Shown here piece by piece: positions 58,766 through 64,000 of a stretch of 64,000 nucleotides of DNA (positions are counted from its first letter, which is position 1; each line of letters starts with the position of its first letter). Source of the DNA: an uncultured Chloroflexia bacterium. Lineage in GTDB: Bacteria; Chloroflexota; Limnocylindria; Limnocylindrales; CSP1-4. The stretch is from NCBI GenBank assembly GCA_963768655.1, contig CAVYIM010000009.1:128001-192000 (forward strand), in the 5' to 3' direction. The notes beneath the pieces were generated by a model, which saw only the letters and a list, made by a program, of their open reading frames with translations, was not told the DNA's origin and ran no database searches. Made by a program: the position numbers and the translations under genes.

Positions 58766-60868
58766 TTGTCGAAAAAGCGCGACTTGCGGCTCCACGCCAG
58801 CTGGCTTCTGGCGTCGCCGCTCGCGCTGATCCTGCTCGTTCTGGCGGTTAGCAGCGCCGCCGCGCACCACTCGCCGGGCCACCTGTCCGATCCGTCCGTT
58901 TCCCCGCGCGAGGTCGCCGCAGGCGGGACGGTCGTCCTGGCAGTGACCTTCACCGACGACACCGGCGCCGCGCCGAGAGCGGTGACGGTGTCGGTGGATG
59001 GCGCGGCCTCATCGATGACCGCCGATGCCGACTCGTTCAAGACGGGCGTGCGCTACGAAACCAGGGTTGCGCCGGCCGCCGGTCGGCATGCCATCGTCTT
59101 CAGCGTGACCGACGCAACTGGCGACCGGGAATTCCTTGCGGCGGGTTATGTCCAGGTCAAGGGCAGCGACGGCCCGGGACCCAGCGCCGACCCCACGGCC
59201 GCTCCGACCCGGTCGCCCAGGCCCGAACCGACCGCCAGGTGCACACCCGCTGTCACGCCGGCTGGCGGTGGCCGAGGGACGGGCGGCACCGACAAGAGCG
59301 ACACTGGCGATGGCCCCGGCGGCGCAACGCCGGCCCCGGCCGTGACTCCGGCCGCAGACGCCACGCCGGTCCCAGGCAGCACGCCGGCCCCGGACGCAGC
59401 TTCCCCCGATCCCACCAACGCAGGCCAGACTGAATGGCCCGGTACCGGAACCACCAGCGGGTCGGGTGTCGGCAAGCCGGCCGGCCCGGAGGGGCCGATC
59501 TCGACGGCGGATCCCAGCCCCGGTGACGGCCGGACGATGGGCCCGGCCACCGGGTTGACCGACGAGAACAACGTCGCCGGCGGAGACGTCGAGGAGTCGC
59601 AGGGCGCGATCCTCCCGGTCGATGGCCAGTCGCGCATCGATCTGCTGGCCCGGTACCACGCCTCGCTGCCGACGATGCTGGTCGAGATGGTCCCGACCAT
59701 CGTCACCGCGACCACCGGCGGGCTGGCCTGGGCCGCATTTGTGATCTTCGGCAAGCGTCGTCGGGACGGAGAGAATTCCGAGCCCGATCCGCTTCTGGCC
59801 ACAGCTGCGGCCACCGGTGTCGAGACGGGCGCCGCGCAGGGCCTGCGAGCCGTCGACGAGTCGCAGCTGCCGCGCTGGCGGCGACCCTCACTGCAGCAGG
59901 TCCGCAGGACCGACCCGCTTCGAGTCGTCGCCGACGCGCCGACCATGTCCTTCGCCAAGGCTGGCGTCCGGCCGCTGGAGAGCTACGAGCGCCGCCAGAT
60001 CCGCTATCGCCTGGTTCGGCTGCTGAACTGCCCCGACGAGGTCCGCGCCTCCGAGATCGGCGTCCTCGATCGCGGCGACGAAGTCCAGCTTCTGGAGCGG
60101 CATGGCGTCTACTGGCGAGTTCTGTGCCCGGACGGACGAACCGGCTGGGTCCACCGGATGACCCTTGCGGCTCCGGCTTCGGAATCCGCGTCTGAAGCGG
60201 TCGAGCCGGAGATTCGCCTGGCGCTCGAGCCCCCTTGCGAGCCGGTTGAGACGCCGGTCGCGCCAGCAGCCGCGGCGCCGGCGGAGAACGTCGACGGCCT
60301 CCTGGAGGCATACATGCGAGCCCGGAGCGACGTCTTGCACTCGGCCGGGGAGGTCGAGGCGGTCGGGTTCGAGGCAGGCCCGATCGTCGAAGCGCCGGTC
60401 GAGCCGGTCGAGCCGGTCGAGCCGGCCCAGCCGGCCGAGGCGACCGAGCCGGTCGAGCCGGAGACGAGCGAAATCGAGCCCGCCCCCGCGACCGCGCCCG
60501 GGCGCGCAGCTACGCCCGCGCCCGCCATGGGGCTGTCGGTCGCCGCGCTGGCTCGCGACTATCTGGAACGAGCCGGGTTCGCCGTCGTGAGTCCCGAGAC
60601 GGCAGCCCAGCCCGCGGTCGGGCCCCTTGTCGAACCGGTGATCGAGCCCGCCGTCGAGGTACCGGCCGAACCGGCGATCGAGCCGGTTGCGGGACCCGCG
60701 GTCGACGCGGCGACTACTCCCGCCGTCCCCGCGCCGTCGAGCGACGCGGCTCCTTCCGCAGAACGAGAACGTGCTGATGGGCGATATTCGGGACGTAAGA
60801 GCGCGGGTAGCCGTAAGGCCTCAACCGAGTCCCGGCCTGGTACCAGATCACGTCGCCCTTCGCGGTGA
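58766..60868 (+). CDS. Secreted/membrane protein with Ig-like N-terminus, Pro-rich linkers and SH3 domain
   Basis: SD GGAGG, signal peptide, TM ending GKRRRD, LPRWRRPSL, SH3-like LDRGDEVQLLE..G.YWRV.CPDGRTGWVHR. Confidence 0.72.
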   Translation: MSKKRDLRLHASWLLASPLALILLVLAVSSAAAHHSPGHLSDPSVSPREVAAGGTVVLAVTFTDDTGAAPRAVTVSVDGAASSMTADADSFKTGVRYETRVAPAAGRHAIVFSVTDATGDREFLAAGYVQVKGSDGPGPSADPTAAPTRSPRPEPTARCTPAVTPAGGGRGTGGTDKSDTGDGPGGATPAPAVTPAADATPVPGSTPAPDAASPDPTNAGQTEWPGTGTTSGSGVGKPAGPEGPISTADPSPGDGRTMGPATGLTDENNVAGGDVEESQGAILPVDGQSRIDLLARYHASLPTMLVEMVPTIVTATTGGLAWAAFVIFGKRRRDGENSEPDPLLATAAATGVETGAAQGLRAVDESQLPRWRRPSLQQVRRTDPLRVVADAPTMSFAKAGVRPLESYERRQIRYRLVRLLNCPDEVRASEIGVLDRGDEVQLLERHGVYWRVLCPDGRTGWVHRMTLAAPASESASEAVEPEIRLALEPPCEPVETPVAPAAAAPAENVDGLLEAYMRARSDVLHSAGEVEAVGFEAGPIVEAPVEPVEPVEPAQPAEATEPVEPETSEIEPAPATAPGRAATPAPAMGLSVAALARDYLERAGFAVVSPETAAQPAVGPLVEPVIEPAVEVPAEPAIEPVAGPAVDAATTPAVPAPSSDAAPSAERERADGRYSGRKSAGSRKASTESRPGTRSRRPSR

Positions 60869-61643
60869 AGCCGGCGCGCGTCGCGCGCTCGGCCAGGTCC
60901 GCTCCGGTGAAGATGTAGCGCCCGTCCTGGTAGGCATCCCGGACGATCACGGCCGCGTAACGCTCTGGGCGGAGGACGCGCGCGAGATGCGAGAAGACGC
61001 TCTCCATTCGGTCGAGGAACGTCCCATAGTCGGCGCTGTTGGCCAGGTCGCCCGGATGATCCGTGACCATCGAGTAGTCGGTCCGGCGGTTGGCGTGACT
61101 CTCGGCCAGCTTTCCGCCGACCATCGTGATCGGCAGCTGGATGTTGTAGGGCGGGTCGGTCGCGACGAAGTCGACGCTTTCGGCCTCCATCTCGGGCAGG
61201 AGGAGCATGGCGTCGCCCAGGCGCATCCGCAGCCCCGAGGGGTCGAACGTCCGCTCGCCGCCCGGGTCGTTGGGGCCGATGTCGGCCACTACTGGCCCGC
61301 GCCCGCCACGCTCCGCCGCCAGGCTGCTCAGAAGCGATTCGTAGACCGCGACCCAGCGGGCCTCGATCTCGATCCCGATCGCACGCCTGGGACCGCGTGC
61401 GATGGCCGCCCCGATCAGCGTCCCGCCGACCCCTGCGAACGGGTCCAGGACGAGCTCTCCGCTGGTGGTGAAGAACTCGATCAAACGGGCCATGAGCCGC
61501 GGCGGCTTGTTTGCACCGTGCTGTCTTCGGAGATCGTGTCCGAGCTCGGATGGATAGGCCGTTCCCCACACGGACTTGGTGAAGTACAGCCACTCCTCGC
61601 CGGAGAGCTCGTTGAGGGTGTTGTCAGGGTGCCTGGGGCTCAT
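60714..61643 (-). CDS. Orphan amino-methyltransferase (N4/N6 DNA methylase or Trm11-like)
   Basis: HGANKPPRL, motif I VLDPFAGVGGT, GIEI, motif IV ATDPPY. Confidence 0.85.
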   Translation of the reverse strand: MSPRHPDNTLNELSGEEWLYFTKSVWGTAYPSELGHDLRRQHGANKPPRLMARLIEFFTTSGELVLDPFAGVGGTLIGAAIARGPRRAIGIEIEARWVAVYESLLSSLAAERGGRGPVVADIGPNDPGGERTFDPSGLRMRLGDAMLLLPEMEAESVDFVATDPPYNIQLPITMVGGKLAESHANRRTDYSMVTDHPGDLANSADYGTFLDRMESVFSHLARVLRPERYAAVIVRDAYQDGRYIFTGADLAERATRAGFTAKGDVIWYQAGTRLRPYGYPRSYVPNIAHQHVLVLRKEPRRSTARGRRE

Positions 61644-61792
61644 TCGACGAGCCTAGCAGGCGCGACCGCCCTTCTTGCGCCCGATACGGAATTGGCGCCC
61701 GTAACCGGGCGTCCAGCGGTTACCCTAGGCGGGCCGAGGGGAACGGCGAGGCTCTGCCATGGGCCGCGCCGCATTCGGGGGGTGGGAATGTC

Positions 61793-64000
61793 ATGACGAA
61801 CAGCATCGAGCGGAGCGGCGGACGCGGCTTCGACGGGCGCTCCTCGCACCGCAGGCTCTGGAGCGACCGATTCGTCGGACGCGAGCGCCCGCTGGAGCGA
61901 ATAGCCGTCGGGCTGCAGAGCGTGGCCGACGGCCGGCCCAACGCGCTCATCCTGTCAGGCACCGCGGGCCTGGGTTTGACGCGACTCCTGGCCGAGACGG
62001 AGCGGCGCATCGGCGCGCTCGCGGATCCGTTCGCGGCCGTCCACGGGGTCGCCATGCCGGCCACGTCGGGCGTGCCCTATGCCCCGATCAGCGCGGCGCT
62101 GGAGCGTTTGCTCGAGCCGGTTCCCGATGAGACGCTGGCGGCGCTGGTTGGCCCGACGGGCGACGCGATCGCCCGGCTGGTGCCGAGCCTCCGGCCACGC
62201 CTGGCGGCTTTGGAACTGCTGCGCCAGCGGCCTCGCGTCGTGGCCACCGAGTGGCGCGAGGCGCGCATGCTGGAGGCAGTCCTCGGATTGCTGGAGCGTC
62301 TCGGCGAGCGCCAGCCGGTGGCGCTGCTGCTGGAGGACATGCACTACTCGGATGCCGCAACCCGCAGCCTGGCCACGTTCCTGGCGCGGGTCTCGCGGGG
62401 CCAGCGGGTCATGCTGGTCCTGACATACCAGCCCGACCGGTTGTTGCGATCCGATCCGTTGCGGGCGACGCTGGCATCTCTCGTGACGACGCCGTCCGTC
62501 GTCAACGCCGAGGTCGGGCCGCTGGACCGCGCCGAACTGGGCCAGCTCATCGAGGCTATCGAAGGCGGGCGGCCCTCGTCCACGACCCTGCTGCTGGTCG
62601 CCGAGCGGTCGCGCGGCAACCCGCTCGTCGCCGAGGAGTTGCTCGCGGCCAGGCGCGAGCTCTCCGGTGTCTCTCTGGCGGGCTCGTTCGAGCGGCTCGT
62701 GACCGCTCGTTCTTCGCTCCGCTCCCCTGAGTGCCGCCGGGTGCTGCGGCTTCTATCCCTGACCGGCGAGCCGGTCACGCGGCCGATGCTCATGGCTATG
62801 GCCACGGAGTTCGAGCGTCGGGCGCCCTCAAGACCGCCGCGGTCGACGAGCGGTGGGCGGAAGAGTGACAGCCTGGACGGAGACATCGCCGCCGGCGCGG
62901 CCGAGGGACTCGAACATGGGTTCCTGGTCGAGGTGGCCGACGGGCGGCTCACCGCGGATGGTCGCGAGCGGCGGATCTGGTTCCGCCACGAGTTGATCGC
63001 GGAAGCGATCGCCACCGATCTGCTGCCGGCCACGAGGCGGCGCTACCATGCGGCGCTGGCCGCGGCCGGGCGAGGCGATCCAGCGTCCGACGCCCCGTCC
63101 GCCGGCACGCCGATGGGGCTGCCGTCTCGCGAATACATCCGTTCGAGACCCGTTCCTCGGCCTTCCGCGTCATCAACCGCGGAGGCGGCCCCACGGGATC
63201 CGGTCGCAGCCATTCCTCCGCAGCCGGCAGCCGCTCTGGCGCATTACTTCGCCGCCCACCAGCTGGCCGAGGCGGAGCAGGCAGCGCTGGCCGCGGCGGC
63301 GGCGGCCGAAGCTCTCGACGCCGGAGCGGACGCGCTCGCCCACTACGAAAAGGCCCTCGCCCTCTACGAGATCGTACGTCTGGGAGAAGACGTGCCGCCT
63401 CTGTCCGACCTCTACGTTCGGGCCGCCGAAGCTGCCTTCGCCGCCGGCGACCCGGCTCGCGCCTCGGCCTACTGCGAGGCCGCCGCGGCCGCACTGGACG
63501 ATCCCCACGAGCGTCTTGCCCTCGGCCTGGTGATGGAGCAGCTGGGCCGCTACCGCCGCGCCTCGGGCGACCAGGAGGGATCGCTCGCGGCCTACAAGCG
63601 GGCCGTCGATCTCGTCCCGCGCGAGCCGACCGCGGCTCGGGCCCGCGTCCTCGGCTCGCTGGCCCAGTTCCGGATGCTCGAGGGCGTCTTCTCGGAAGCG
63701 AGGAGATACGCGCAGGAAGCGGTTGCGGTGGCGATCGAGGTCGGCGAGGAGGCTCGCCAGGAACTCCTCCACGCCACTTGCACGCTGGCGGTGGCCCAGG
63801 CCTGGGGGGAAGAGCCCGAACCGGCCGTCGAGATGCTGCGCCAGACACTGGTCGACGCCGCGGCGCTGGGGCGGCTCGACGACCTGTTCCGGGTGTACGC
63901 CAACCTCACCACCGTCCTGGACCTGCTCGGTCGCCGCGAGGAGGCGATCGCGATGGCCTACGAAGGGATCGCCGAAGCCGAGCGGGAAGGCCAGGCCACG
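61793..64000 (+). CDS. STAND/AAA_16 ATPase with TPR-like region (LuxR/MalT-type regulator family); 3' end outside window
   Basis: Translated from ATG 61793: FVGRE, LILSGTAGLGLTRLL, Walker B LLLEDMHYSD, RSRGNPL..EEL, FRHELIAEAI; frame appears open to window end. Confidence 0.82.
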   Translation, partial: MTNSIERSGGRGFDGRSSHRRLWSDRFVGRERPLERIAVGLQSVADGRPNALILSGTAGLGLTRLLAETERRIGALADPFAAVHGVAMPATSGVPYAPISAALERLLEPVPDETLAALVGPTGDAIARLVPSLRPRLAALELLRQRPRVVATEWREARMLEAVLGLLERLGERQPVALLLEDMHYSDAATRSLATFLARVSRGQRVMLVLTYQPDRLLRSDPLRATLASLVTTPSVVNAEVGPLDRAELGQLIEAIEGGRPSSTTLLLVAERSRGNPLVAEELLAARRELSGVSLAGSFERLVTARSSLRSPECRRVLRLLSLTGEPVTRPMLMAMATEFERRAPSRPPRSTSGGRKSDSLDGDIAAGAAEGLEHGFLVEVADGRLTADGRERRIWFRHELIAEAIATDLLPATRRRYHAALAAAGRGDPASDAPSAGTPMGLPSREYIRSRPVPRPSASSTAEAAPRDPVAAIPPQPAAALAHYFAAHQLAEAEQAALAAAAAAEALDAGADALAHYEKALALYEIVRLGEDVPPLSDLYVRAAEAAFAAGDPARASAYCEAAAAALDDPHERLALGLVMEQLGRYRRASGDQEGSLAAYKRAVDLVPREPTAARARVLGSLAQFRMLEGVFSEARRYAQEAVAVAIEVGEEARQELLHATCTLAVAQAWGEEPEPAVEMLRQTLVDAAALGRLDDLFRVYANLTTVLDLLGRREEAIAMAYEGIAEAEREGQAT

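Overview
High-GC bacterial chromosome segment. Gene content and style suggest a soil or sediment Chloroflexota or Actinomycetota-like organism (inference). Scattered single-base indels, very dense in the first 3 kb, look like long-read consensus errors. There are about 55 protein genes: an S8 protease, an NfeD-flotillin-TelA membrane-stress cluster, ABC/MFS efflux with MarR/TetR, a PAS-GGDEF cyclase, a duplicated PadR plus membrane-sensor module, an MMPL/MacB-type ABC with its two-component system, KamA, a large PKD protein, an ATP-dependent DNA ligase, PrsW, pta-ackA, an orphan permuted methyltransferase and a partial STAND-type regulator. The most unusual element is an intact 76-nt tRNA gene with a UAU anticodon (41957-42032), a tRNA-Ile type that is rare in bacteria. 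It sits directly beside a rhodanese lacking its catalytic Cys and a cystine-lyase-like PLP enzyme, and is followed by an island-like block of orphan secreted proteins. Other signals are a recurrent leaderless promoter architecture (-10 hexamer 6-8 nt before the start codon), a MITE-like element, clear PadR and response-regulator operators, and two structured 5' leaders. No CRISPR array, integrase or transposase was seen.
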